Assembly: GCA_040954595.2 (NCBI GenBank)
Contig: CM082577.2
Span: 10,255,846 to 10,319,845, forward strand
Source of the DNA: Balanoglossus misakiensis
Taxonomy: Eukaryota; Animalia; Hemichordata
DNA: 64,000 bases
Direction of reading: 5' to 3'
The translations under genes and the position numbers were made by a program. Under the pieces are notes generated by a model. It ran no database searches, was not told where the DNA came from, and saw nothing but the letters and a program-made list of their open reading frames with translations. Position 1 is the stretch's first letter. The number at the start of each line of letters is the position of its first letter. Below, one piece after another: positions 27,601 through 40,320 of this stretch.

Positions 27601-28530
27601 TGCCGGGTGAATCCAGAGCCTGCATCCATTACACAGGCACTTCATGCCCTAATTCCACTTAACCTTTGAGAACAGCGTCAGGCTGTGTGATTGATTAATA
27701 AAGTTATCAATTTTATCGATTTGCGATGATTAATCTCATACACTCAGGACTAATGGTATTTTTCCATATATCTTAATTTTTACGTTTGATTCCCAGCAAT
27801 AAGTCGCTCACAGCGATTTTAATAGCCTTCAACGTCACAGGACTGCACAATTCACGTCCAATAACTGTCCATTTGACATCCATTTACCCAGAAAATAAGC
27901 TCTATAAGTACTCTTACATATTAACACTGCAATGTACATACTGTCCATGTCATATTTCTCACAACCTTCATCCTTCATTGCATATATTCAACAAAATTCA
28001 TTTTTAAACTTACACAACCTGTAAGTGATATACATGTATGAAGCTGGAGTGGGCAAAGTACACTTCGACCACAGTTTATTTCAAACATCAACATGATATC
28101 AATGGTGTCATATTCTTTATTTTTATCCACTGACCGCATTTGATATTTCTCACATCCGGACGATAACCGCATCATAAATACGCCAGAATGGCGGGAACTT
28201 TTTAGAAAGAACGAGAGAACAAAAAGGTCTGTATTATAAGTTTGAATTTAGGATGCTGTTGAGAGGTACATTTTATTAAAGAAAAAAATTAAATAAAAAT
28301 GGGTGAAAATGTTGCCATTCAAAGGGTTATGCCCGCAGCACTTTGCTCGATGCACACGGCCATTTTTTACCGACATAACTGATGGCGTACTAGGTTGTCA
28401 TGCGATCTGCAAGAGCACTGGTAAATGTTAGCCTATAATCCACACAGACCCTCCACTGTGTTGATCCTGGATTGATATTGACCCTCATCGATGACAGCAT
28501 GATTTGACGAGTTTGAATCACCACGGGTAA

Positions 28531-28729
28531 GGGGATAACCATTTGATTTCTGGGGGGGGGGGAGTTGGGTATGTCTGCAATTTTTTTCAGCCTCTGTTTC
28601 AGCAAAATATTTCTCGATTGCCAATCCATCTTTTTCCTGAAGTCACTGCAGAAGAATTGTTTTCCCTCCACACCATCATTTTTCTCTCTCAAAAATCCCC
28701 CCCCCCCCAGGAATAAAATGGTTCTCCCC
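28531..28729. mobile_element. PIF/Harbinger (Tourist-like) MITE
   Basis: TAA|GGGGATAACCATTTGATTTCTGGGGGGG ... CCCCCCCAGGAATAAAATGGTTCTCCCC|TAA; 3-bp TAA TSD and ~30-bp imperfect TIR. Confidence 0.8.
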
Positions 28730-29303
28730 TAAAGCCTGGTTTTCATAATTGACTATCAAGAGGCACACAAGCTGAGGCAGCCGATAAGACTATTGATATT
28801 GCAGTTCATATTTGAGTGATATATGTCCTGGCTAGTCTGGATTTTATGGGGAGTCTGAAGCTTAGCAGTCGGGTTCAAACAGATTCCGAAACCAAGGCCA
28901 ACAACAGGTGTCTGCGCTGTGTGAACCAATTTTTAACACAGTAGAGATTACGTGGCTAGAATTTTCGCTGGAAGAGATGAAGGTGCCCCATCCAAAGTAT
29001 TAATCAATACTGATGGATAACTGTACAGGAAGAGCAATCTAGGAGATGTTCATCTTGCAATAATGAGGCAGAGCAACAGGCCAGTTGAAGTAACATGTGA
29101 TCCTAACAATTCTGATGCTTATCTGCAGGATGCATAGATTCTTATGCTTGGATGGAAACCGAAGGCCAGCACTTGATTGGATGCAGTTGAAGGATCATTT
29201 CACTCTGCTCACAGTCGAACAAATATTTCTTCAAATCTTATATCCTGTGGTGTACATGTGTGCATGTAATTATTACCTACATTGTAGCAATTGCAAAGAC
29301 AAT

Positions 29304-29412
29304 ATTTTTCTCTCAAAATAAATTTTGCTTTGTTAAATTTTGTTTTATTTAATCTTTTCCACTTGAAAATCTTAGTCCCCCCCCCCCCCCAGAATATCAA
29401 GTGATACTACCC
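29304..29412. mobile_element. Degenerate right end of a Harbinger-like MITE
   Basis: Poly-C followed by AGAATATCAAGTGATACTACCCT resembles the right TIR of the element at 28531-28729. Confidence 0.4.
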
Positions 29413-30594
29413 TTTTAAGAATTTGCTGGTTGGCAAAGGTTTCTGATTAAAAGTACTGGCTAGTAATAGAGGATTGAGAGACTCCCAGTTTCGGCAAAAG
29501 ACTGGCTTAAACCAGAGCATCAGTCAGGATAGAGATGCCGCGATATTTCATTCGGCCGAATTAGCTTCCAATTAAAGAAACATGATAAACAAGCCACAAG
29601 AGGGAATCGGCAAATCAGCCCAGCCACTTTCAATTAATCATGCGCCGCAGTAATTAATATAAATTTGATCCCCGGACAATTGAACGAGATTGAATACGGC
29701 CCTGGAATTTCGAGCTTTGCCAGTTGCGACCGACTGCGGTGTGGACAACTTGGGAATACTGGCGGACTCTGCTTTTTAATTCCCGGCTGCTAATAGCATC
29801 TAATTTGAGCAACAGCGTATTTGGTGCCCCCCCCCCCCCAAAAAAAATGCAAGAGTTGATGAACGGCCATCAGAGACGTTCAAATTGCAACATACATCAC
29901 GGAACTAAAGTGCTGCCACTTTTTAACTGCAGCCAGTTGCGTCACTGAATCCGACTATATAATGCTGGCGGCAATAAATCTGTCATTTTTCATTCCACGG
30001 CCGTTTATCTTTCAGGCAGAAAACAACATAGCTATGCAATCAGCAAGTTGGCAGGGTTTTATATAAACAACTGGAACTACGATGAATGTTGAATGAGAGT
30101 ATTTCTTCATTGGAAATTTAAAAAAAGACAGACCAGGATCCTAAATGCACTTGAAGAAACCACAGCACAACGTGCATTTCTTTGGACATGATATAAAATG
30201 GCTAGTTTTACTTTCTCACTTCCAGACCAAAAAATTGTTTTCTACTTTAGGAATGAAGCACCTCTCTGTCGAGACTGCATCCCAGTCTCCTGAGTGACAT
30301 CATAGATGACGTCCGTAGATGATTATTCACGGACGGAACTATTTTTGGCATGCTACAGCTAATGTATGTACATGTAAATGGTAGACTAGTGTATATTATT
30401 GGGAGGAAGCTCATTTTTCAGAGCAAACCTCTTTATAGGAAATAGTTTAGTCAATGTGTGTGCTGAAGTGCAATGTGTGCTTCATATCAGTGGAAACAAT
30501 TCCACTGCAGAATACATCCTGCTTTTCATTGATCAAAGATGTTCCTGCATTGTAGTACATCAATATTCATACATTTACAACGTAGTATCTGTCC

Positions 30595-30981
30595 TAGTCT
30601 AGAATCTATCCGTTCGTAGTCGCATTCACCCTACTACCGTCTAGGACCGCAGAACCAAAATCTAGTAAGGCCATAAAAATGGTAATTTGAATGTGAATAG
30701 TCTCCAACTGAGCAATCTGACGTCAAGCGTCACCACGTGATCATGATTATGTATCATTCGGGGCGGAGCTACATTGTAAACATAATTAACATTCAACGTC
30801 ATCACCTCACGGCCAATCAGTAGTCGGTCAACGTAAGTGATTGACTTCTCTGACGTCAGACTGCTCAGTTGGAGACTATTCACATTCAAATTACCATTTT
30901 TATGGCCTTACTAGATTTTGGTTCTGCGGTCCTAGACGGTAGTAGGGTGAATGCGACTACGAACGGATAGATTCTAGACTA
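30595..30981. mobile_element. Long-TIR foldback non-autonomous DNA transposon with 9-bp TSD (AcademH-like)
   Basis: 131-bp TIRs (30595-30725 and 30851-30981, 1 mismatch seen), termini TAGTCT...AGACTA, perfect TSD TATCTGTCC at 30586-30594 and 30982-30990. Confidence 0.93.
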
Positions 30982-31375
30982 TATCTGTCCTTCCCTTCAT
31001 CTCTTGCTGCCTACCCCCTCCCTCTCTCTTGAGTACATAATGCACCCTCAACACACAGCAACATTTAACACAGCACATGAGATGTGATGCTTTCATTTTC
31101 ATTTCGCACATCGTGTTTTGATAGCCAAAATATTCAATTTGATTAGTACCGGTATTTAAGATAAGAGGCAGAGTTAAACACAGGACAACCAGAACTAACT
31201 ATTACACAGCTAAGTGGTGAACCGATTAAGAGTATTTTACGAGTTTGCAGTCATATTCCCCCCCCCCCCCCCCTTTATTGAAGAGTTTGGTAACCTCTTC
31301 TGGATAAGCAATCTGCAGCTGCTTGTCCAGTTTCCTGTTTTCACAGAAAAACATGTTTACTTCGCAAGTTAAGTA

Positions 31376-31761
31376 TTTGCACCCCTGATTTCTTGGAACT
31401 CAAAGGGACTTTAACCCAACTCAAGTGTACCACCGGATCCCTGTTATCAAATTAATATCAACGCTACCTTTTCAAAGTGCCTATAAAAGGCTACACGCCC
31501 ACGTGGCAATTATGATAAACACCACCAGGGGTGTGAGTTGCTCGAAAGTTTGTTTTTGGCTCAAGAATTTGCACTCTGATTTCTTGGAACACACAGAGAC
31601 TTTAACCAAACTCAAGTTTACCACCGGAACCCTGTTATCAAATCAATAAAATTATAAAGCATCAACGCTACCTTTTTGAAGTATCTATAAAAGGCCATAC
31701 GCCCACCACGTGATAAACACCACCAGGGGTGTGAGTGTTGATGATTATTTGCCTGAAAGTT
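31376..31761. repeat. Diverged tandem duplication, ~190-bp unit
   Basis: Units start at 31376 and 31568 and share CTGATTTCTTGGAAC, CCCTGTTATCAAAT, CTATAAAAGGC and TGATAAACACCACCAGGGGTGTGAGT. Confidence 0.9.
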
Positions 31762-34700
31762 CTTTTCTGCAGTAGTTTCGAAACAAGGGGGGGGGGGGGG
31801 GGTCAAAAGGTGAGAACTCACCAGGTGTAGTGAGAGAAAATAATTGGCCTACAGAGAAATTTGCAGCAGTTTTGAAATGAAAAGAATGCTAAAAAGGGGA
31901 AAAACACATTAACTACATACACTCTCCACAATCCTTTCATATTTCATTGTATCTCAGACACATTGTTGCTATTGATTCATATTTCCTGATGATCAAGCTC
32001 AAAAGGAGATGTTTATCCCATTTCTCTCAGAATGACAAAAACAGCAAAAAAAAATCTCATTTTATAATCTCAAGGTTTTACCTACATTGTACATGTAGTA
32101 TGCCTACATAAAATCCATTTGTTCCACTAAACCTGGTCCCTTGAAAGTCAATTCTGGAAGCTTTTATAGGAAACTATTTTAAATTCCCCATTCTGCAGAC
32201 AGAAAGGTGACAAACGCATTATTCATGCATGAAAATTTTCATTTATTTCCTGTGGTAATGAGGACATTAGAAACATATTATGGGATATATTGAGAAGTCT
32301 TCATCTGGAAAGACAATAAAAGAACCTAAAAAAAGTCAAATACACAAAGCTAAAATTTACAGATTAATATTTGCAGATTCATCAATTCATCAAGGGTATG
32401 GATTTACGACACAATTCAGTCTTCAATCATACTTGAAAAGGAAAGACAAAAATCTGCAATTCTCATTTTTCAGTATCTTTGTCCACGGTGACGCACACTT
32501 ATCCTTTTTCCTGAGTTGTAACTTAACAAGTCCTAGACCTTTCCTCATTCCAGGTGCAGTCACGTTTAATTCTTTCTTCTCAGAGTGAAACAATTTACCA
32601 CACACTTGAAAGGGGGGAAAGGGAAAATCTAATTCTCCAGATTGAATCATTTGGGTTTATTGGATTAGGAATTACATTGTAAGCATCTGAAAAGTTATTG
32701 AACCAAGGGGAAGAGATGTCTGGCAGTACATGTGTATATTAGTGTGCCACTGACACAATGTTTAAGTCCTGTGACAAAAACCATGTTGCAAGACTCACAC
32801 CACAGGGGGAGAACGCTTATACACATGCACTGGTACACATATAGTAATCTAACTTGCCCTATTCACACTGCTGTAAAAGAATTCAAACCCCACTTCCGAA
32901 GCAAGAAATCCTGCTTTGAAAAGTCTGCCACGGAGTCAGTTTCCTTATTGGGTTTTCTCCCATTCAGAAAGAGCCGCAAACACAACATGTATATGTGTAT
33001 AAATTAGATTATGAAAGCAGCCACTTCAAGTGACACAAGTACTCCTATTCTCGACTCGAACAATCGACCGGAGGTGCGACCGCAATCTTGTTTTCCCGAT
33101 CAGCGCTGAATCTGCAACGTAAACTTCTCGGTGATTAACACTGGTGAACTTTTTATTCCCCCCAAAAAAAGATTATATCATTGGGGAAGTGCTGCAATGC
33201 ACACCATAATCCACACTTCCCAATTCTTGTTTCTGTTTATACATATATCATTTTATATATATCATTTTATCAGGCTTACTTTTTTTTTTGATGTTTCAAA
33301 TCCTAAAATCCTCTTATAAATTATAGTACGCAACTAAATGTTGCCAGGATTCCCCGTCATCTTACTAATGTTTTCCTGATTTTATGTGCGGTCAATGGTA
33401 GCAGAAGTGTTACCACGGTTTCCAAATCAATTACCAATGTTCCCGAACCTTAGCAAAACACTGGAACTTGTGTTGTTAGTTTTATTATCAGCGCAATTTT
33501 TAACACCTAGCCAAAAGTACCACTGACACACATCAAGACATTTTGGGAACAGCCAGGTTAAATGTCTAAAACTCAGTTTCCAAATCCCTTGTGTTGAGTG
33601 CAGGTGTCATTTTACACTGGCATGCCTAAATGCAAAGACAGACTAACCGTGAAATTTTTCAACCCTCCCTCTTACATGTACATGTACCCCTCCCACAGTT
33701 CAATAGTAAATCAGTCTTTCCCTCTCGGGACCCAACCATAATTGTTTACCCAAGTGAGGATTTGATAGACAGGCCAAGTGTATGGTCAAGATCCAACACA
33801 CTCAACTTGTCAATCAATCAATCACCCACACACTCAGCATGCCCCAGACTTGGAGGTGACATTGCACTGTGTGTTCATGATCAGCTGGTCTCTCTACAAA
33901 GACAGATTACCCGCACATCCCCTGGGGGACTATGTTCTCATTGAGGACAACCTTTTCAGAATACTACCTGGGGCCCTCCCGAGAAATAATGGCAAACACT
34001 TTGGACATGACTGAACTGTTCACAGTTCTGCCCATGCAGGCATTCCTCTCTGACACACACTTAAATATCCATTTCACCGAACAGCCGATTTCACACTAAG
34101 TACTTTCGGGTTGCATGACCTACACATCTCTGGCATTCCGGCTATTGTTAATTCCGGCGGTGTTTTGAATTTGACCTTAATACACGGGAATAGCCGGCCA
34201 GGGGGCGACACTTCCAGCCGCTTTATAGGCGCCGGCAGAACTACTTTGTTGGTTTTGCTGCCTGTCGGATCACGGATCACGATGCGTAGGGGTTACACCG
34301 TTCTTGAGCTGGTTCGACGCTTCCATTACATGTAACACGCTGTGGGCAGTATTAACCCACCTCTCTCTCGCAAACCACAAAAAGGCCTGGAGGGCTACCT
34401 TACACTCAGCATACCCGCACGTCCCCCAACCACTTCGTTCCAGACACAGAATTCGTCCTCGTAACCGGCTGCCGCCACGCCATGCAGAGCGCGAGCGGGG
34501 CAAACTGTAAGTTCTCTTGTGAAGTTACACAAATTACACCAGCTTTAGCGCTGCGAAGCTTTGATAACCAAATACCTGGTCAAGTGGCGCTGGTAATAAC
34601 GTTAAATTCTCTAAAGTGGCGAACTCCCTCTGTGAACCAACTGGGCCGGCATACTGCATTTGAAGTGCATGTCAGATATCACAGAACTTGCTGCTGGTAA

Positions 34701-35076
34701 CAGAATTCTGAACAGAGGTTCAATGCATAACACATCAAAGTTCAAAAATGTACTGATACTATTAGATGTGTAGGTGTAGGGGTGTCTTTTGACATTGCAT
34801 CAAAGTTTGGCTCATTTTCTTAAACGAGAAGAATTCATTTTATGGTTATTCTTAGATAACATAACTCATTGGTTCATACCAGAATTTGCTACATGTATTG
34901 ACAGCAATTAAACTTACATGACGTATTATAAGGCTGTAACATTTGACAATTTAGCACCACGAGCAACAAGAATGTGACAGATTCTCCCACATGGAAACAA
35001 TCCCTGAAAATGTTGAAAAGATGGCGGTGATTTCAAAACCTGGCAACCTGGCAACCACATTCAGCTGGGTAGGAAG

Positions 35077-35242
35077 CCAGCCAATAGCAGCACAGATCAC
35101 TGTGGCTCCAGCCAATAGCAGCACAGATCACTGTGGCTCCAGCCAATAGCAACACAGATCAATGTGGCTCCAGCCAATACATGTAGCAACACAGATCACT
35201 GCTACTGTGCTTGCTCCAGCCAATAGCAACGCAGAACACTGT
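35077..35242. repeat. 31-bp minisatellite (CCAGCCAATAGCAGCACAGATCACTGTGGCT), about 5 units, one CCAAT box per unit
   Basis: CCAAT at 35081, 35112, 35143, 35174 and 35220. Confidence 0.92.
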
Positions 35243-36199
35243 CGGCCATCACTCTCCTGCCACGCTACATGGATCACTGCAGAGAGGCAGCACTTCTTTA
35301 TCTCAACGCAGAAATTCTTAGACTACCAACTCCTCCCACACTGGCTGATTAAAGCGTTCCTGCTACACAACAGCACTCGGCCGTCCGCAGATTGTAAACT
35401 GATATTGAGTTACTGCAGCGCCCTTTAACAGAAAGGATTTGGAATTTTTTGAAGGGGACTGAACTTGTCAGGGCACTCAAAGAGTGCCGCCAGACATTCC
35501 TTCAAATATTCGACAGCATTTTCGCTATTTTCTTGTCAAAATTCCAAAAGCGAGGGGCTATTCTCTACTCAAGAGATCCCAGGTCACATAATAGATTTAC
35601 TTCAGGTTAAGGTGGCATAATAAAATAAATATATCCAAAAAAAGTTCCAGCCAATTCTGAGGGATGTTTTTGCATGCACATGAAAAGAAAAATACTTTGT
35701 TGCCATTGGAAAGTATACACAATACCCAAAATATAATTCTGCAATAAATTCACAGTTGGCAGCCAATGTTTGCAATCGTCCGATTCAGTTGATCGTTTCT
35801 GACATTTCAGAAGCCCTGGGCAGGGAATGCGCAACACACGGAATTCAAGCTATGCAGAGAGTGTAGTACAATAGCCCCGTTATGAACTGCAGACTTCGCG
35901 CGGTATTTCTGTGTGTGTGTGTGTATAATTTATAACTTTATGGGAAGTGGATGCTGAGCTTCAGCCAGGCAAATAGCCAGCCAGAAAATTCTCAAGGACT
36001 GACTTGCACAGCGCACGTTATTGAATTCAAATGTCAAAATAAACCGTCTCGTAGATCACAGGATTCCGCACAACGTAATACATCTTTAACAGAAGTTCAT
36101 CACCTTGTCGGATGCACACACCTGTTCTGCAGACACAAGTCTGCAATATCTGGGGCCCTCAATTGGGAGTGCGACACTATTAAAAATATAAACTACAGA

Positions 36200-36396
36200 C
36201 TGTAAAACGGAAAATTTTCGTGACAGGAAATTTTCGCGAAACTGTTACGCGAGGATTAATTTTAGCCTTCTGATATTTTACTGCATCGTTATCTCTGAGA
36301 AACATTTTTACATGACTTTTCATTTTTGCGTATTTTTTTTTGGCTCTCGCGTAGTTCGCAAACATTTATCGTTCGCAAAAATTTTCTGTTTTACAG
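36200..36396 (-). mobile_element. MITE family A copy 4 (opposite orientation, variant TIRs)
   Basis: CTGTAAAACGGAAAATTTTCGTGA ... AAAAATTTTCTGTTTTACAG|TA. Confidence 0.85.
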
Positions 36397-37875
36397 TATT
36401 AGATAAATGCTGTACAGGTTTCTTTTAGTTTTCAATTAGATGGGTCTCCCTCCAATACCAATGTTACAGATCTACCAGGCTGCGTTTTTTTAATCAACTC
36501 AGACTGTGGGTTTTTGTTCACCCTTTCCTTTCCCTTTTTGAGAATAAATAGTTATGGTGACCTCTGCCCAATGGAAATCCTCGCGTCAAATGAAGCTGAA
36601 AGCCTCTCTGAAGAATGTTAAACATTAGTCCCACTAACCAGCGACGGAATTCGTGCACAAGTTTTGAGTCAACAGTCTCTCAACATCTTCAATGAATTAA
36701 TTAGCATGTTATTGCGTGGAACATCTTGTCTGTGTCGGATTACAGGACGGTGTATGATAGCAAAACAAAGAAGGTGAATGCAAGCCGGGAAAAGGAGGCT
36801 TCACTTGAGCTTTGATGCCGGACATCATCCTCTGATGTTTCAAGTATTAACAGTTACTGGTCTCAACAGGAACATAAAGAGCACAGGATACCAAATCTCC
36901 ATTATGACCCAATAAAAATTAATATATATATAGGTCATTCACAATGGCCAAACTACAGTGTACACGTACATGTACAAATGTATTTTAGAGCGTCTACCAA
37001 AATGGAAAACAACTGAACCAATTTTACTGGCAACTGTACTTGGACAACCACCAAAGCATCTTTCTGGACTTCAGTGCCATATTTCCAGTCACGCTGTACA
37101 GTAGATTCTACGTGGAGACATGCAATCTTGCGGGAAGAAAAGGAACAGAAGTGAAATAAATGCCCAACTGGGGTAAACTCTAGAACCGTGGGATTCTGAG
37201 TTCAACAGTGACGACAGAAGGAAGTAACGTGGCATTGTAACACTGGTAGAAAGATCACTTGGACTGGGTCCAATTGGAAAATAAAACAAAATGATGGAAT
37301 GATTTTTTTTTATTTAATGCCTAGATACACGACACACTGAATTTTTCTGTCCTGACTGTCCTGACCCGTGAATTATGGGCAGAAGTGACAAAAGCTGACG
37401 AGCTCTGTAGTTGACTTAACGCTGAAAAGAAAGGCGCGTAGGGGAATGGACAAACAAGAAAGGATCACTCTTTTATCAACTTTCAACATCACTGATTTCC
37501 AGTCGAACTATTCTCACGACAGCAATGTGCAGTCGGCAGAAGACAAGTCGTCGAGTCCTCAGAGGGGGTAAACCGCAGTGCACGGCTCATCAATATTATC
37601 TACGACAACCACATGTCCACACACGGAAAGATTGAAGGTCTATCTCCTGACTCGTGAAATCTGAAACACTGTACTACATCCGCAAATATCTTTCAATGGA
37701 TTTCTCAACCACATACATGTAGTGTTTCAGGTCTACGTTTGAAATTTTACCCAGATTTGATTCGTGGTTGAAATAAACACTCACCACTAATAATGCTGGA
37801 CGTTATGTCAAGGCAAAATCAAAGTTTGCAGTGAGAGAGAGAAATTCATTGTATAAAAAATCACAGGTTTTTGTT

Positions 37876-37970
37876 TCAACCCTTTCACCACCATGGTTCG
37901 ATCCAAACCCATTTGTTTTCCATGGTAAGGTTGGACCTCTGAATATGGAACAGGGGGGTGAAAGGGTTAA
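37876..37970 (+). mobile_element. piggyBac-like MITE family B copy 6
   Basis: AACCCTTTCACCACCATGG...GGGGTGAAAGGGTTAA; about 40 nt from a Caskin splice donor. Confidence 0.88.
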
Positions 37971-38011
37971 AAGAAACCAAAGATTAACACTTATATTCAT
38001 TTGATAAATAC

Positions 38012-38112
38012 CTCTGTTGTCTTTGAGGTCCACAGGCATGATGTGGCCTTCGAGCAATGTTGACAGAATTTCACAGTTTCCATTGAGTGCCGCATGGTGT
38101 AAAGCTGAGAAT
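38012..38112 (-). CDS. CASKIN: Caskin-like exon (ankyrin repeat): (G)FSALHHAALNGNCEILSTLLEGHIMPVDLKDNR(G)
   Basis: Acceptor TTGTTGCAG and donor GTATTT; 101 nt, phase 2 to 1. Matches Caskin1/2 GFSALHHAALNGN...VDIKDNKG and joins the next exon in frame. Confidence 0.93.
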
Positions 38113-38409
38113 CTGCAACAACAAGGAAAAGAGACACCGTAATGAGTTTGGATAGTTACCAGTTTGAATTGGATACAGCTGGCAAACACAACAGCAAGGC
38201 CAGTGCTAAATACACAGATACCTTGCACTGAATATGTATGATCGAGTCTTTCAAGACTTTTTTTCGCATGTCTGAAATGTCCCGGCACCAGTCAGATTGA
38301 TTTCTATTCTAATGCCCTCCCTTGATAAATCACCAACCATGGCAAGGATATTCCTGTCCCTATTGTCCAAAATCGACCCCAATATGCCAATAAACTCAAA
38401 CATCGAATA

Positions 38410-38619
38410 CTGTAAAACGGGTTATTTTCACGAGGAGCAAAGTTTTGCGAAATACGAGACAGCCCAAAAAATGTGACGATAAAAAGTTGCGTAAAACGCT
38501 TTTCGGAGGTAACGATGTAGTAAATGAAATAAGAGAACGCAAAAATTAATACTCGCGGTAACAGTTGCCTCTTTTGATATCGAGAAAATATCCTGTCACG
38601 AAAATAACCTGTTATACCG
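38410..38619 (+). mobile_element. MITE family A copy 5
   Basis: TA|CTGTAAAACGGGTTATTTTCACGA ... TCACGAAAATAACCTGTTATACCG. Confidence 0.85.
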
Positions 38620-40280
38620 TTCATTCTTGAATTATTTTTATTTCAACAAACCATTTGAGAAAATAGATTAACACCAATGTGTATTTGTACACACACACCC
38701 ATAAAATGAGAGGCAGGGTATTTTGTCTTTTGTTGGAACTGTTCAGGTAACAAACAAACATGTTGGCACTATCAGCCATACCTGAAATAAAAACTCTGAT
38801 ATTTGCTGTCCTTCACTAATCCCCCCTCCCCCTCCCACCCTATACGTGCTGAACTGTATAAAGCTGCCTGGCGAGTTTTATGTACATATTTGTAAAGAAG
38901 GGTGTTTTCGACCTATTTTAATCTGTAGACAATGTCTTCTTCATTTGGCCAATACCAGTGACTGTACAAATAGCCTGTCCTTACGTGGTAACGTCTACGT
39001 GATCTCAGTAGATGCAGAAATGCACGACAATTTTGGGAATTGTGAGAGGGGAAATATTATACCTGTTTGTTGACACTTGTGTACAAACAATCCTCCCACG
39101 GGACAGACCATAGACGCAGCTTTATGGCGATTTAATACACGCCTCGACCACACCCTCCCATTCAAATTCCTCAAGAGCCCCATCAATCCCGGAATTTTCC
39201 CCCTCCTCATTCCTTACACATTGGCCCTGGTTGCCCTGGCGACACCCCCGGCGCTCTTTGGAATGTTTACATCAATCCACACCAAAACATCAGGACAAAC
39301 AAGTAAACATCGCCAAAATACCACCATTCAGTGTGAAAACGAGTAGAGTCAACTTTAGCCGGGCTATTGTGGCCTTCTCACACAACACCAGTAAATTCTT
39401 CAATCAAATCATATGCCTCCTTGGGTTCCGGGTCCCTGTTACACCTCAGGGTCACATAACAATTTCTCTCTCTCTCTCTCTCTCTTTCACTTTTCAGGGG
39501 TGAACACAGAAGCATGCTGGTTTTCAAGACTGCAGAGTGCCTACTACATGTGCGTAATTGAAAGTGGGAAAATTAAAACGTCCTCGACCACTGGACAAAA
39601 CCAAAACAAACGCCGCTGTTTTTATCAGCAACACCCCTGCAGGTTCCCAATAAAGCGGCACTCCATTGACTTCGGATGCCAGAACGAGTCTAGGACGCTT
39701 TGATGTTAAAGAGAAGTGAAATGTTTTGTGACCCACACACAGCGGGATCTTGATCTTACATTTGAATGGGATTGGGAGACGCTGATAGCATCCTTTGCTT
39801 GCATGTCAGACCCCAAGGACTTGGAGAAAAGAAAAACCTTGTGAATTATGTTTCCTTCTGGCTAAAAACAGGATTATGACTGTGAAGCCGTGACCTAAAA
39901 AAGTTCCTTTTTTTCTTCACCTTTATATACAATGTGATACAGTTAATGTGCTCCTGTCTATGACCTTAGGTTCTGGGTACGACCCATGCTTTGTGAAAAA
40001 CCATAAACCATTCTCCGGTGTCTTACCAAGTACTCCCAAAGTGACCATTAAAAATGATTATGTCTTTCTTTTGAGACGCAATCTACATACACTCTCCTAA
40101 CAAAGAGTTTATGCTGAATGACAATCACATGTGTTCTGTCCAAAACAAAAACAGTTAAAAGACAAACAATATTTTGTCATATGTGAGAGCAATTATTATC
40201 AGGCCACAGTGCAGGCTTGTCGCTTGCTGTGAATTTATTACAAAACCCAGCGCAACAGGAGGGGTGGTGACATAACTCAC

Positions 40281-40320
40281 CCATACCCAAGGTCTCTGAC
40301 TTTTAAGGAGACATGATCAC
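40281..40320 (-). CDS. Candidate small upstream Caskin exon (xDHVSLKVRDLGYG)
   Basis: TTATCCTTCCAAG acceptor and GG|GTGAGT donor; 40 nt, phase 1 to 2, supplying the Gly before FSALHH. Sequence similarity to Caskin exon 2 is weak. Confidence 0.25.

Noticed and set aside
37803-38288. 161-aa ORF, and other ankyrin ORFs at 21131-21481, 19276-19584 and 18807-19070, as standalone genes
   Set aside because: Only the GT-AG-bounded cores are ankyrin-like; they are exons of one spliced gene.
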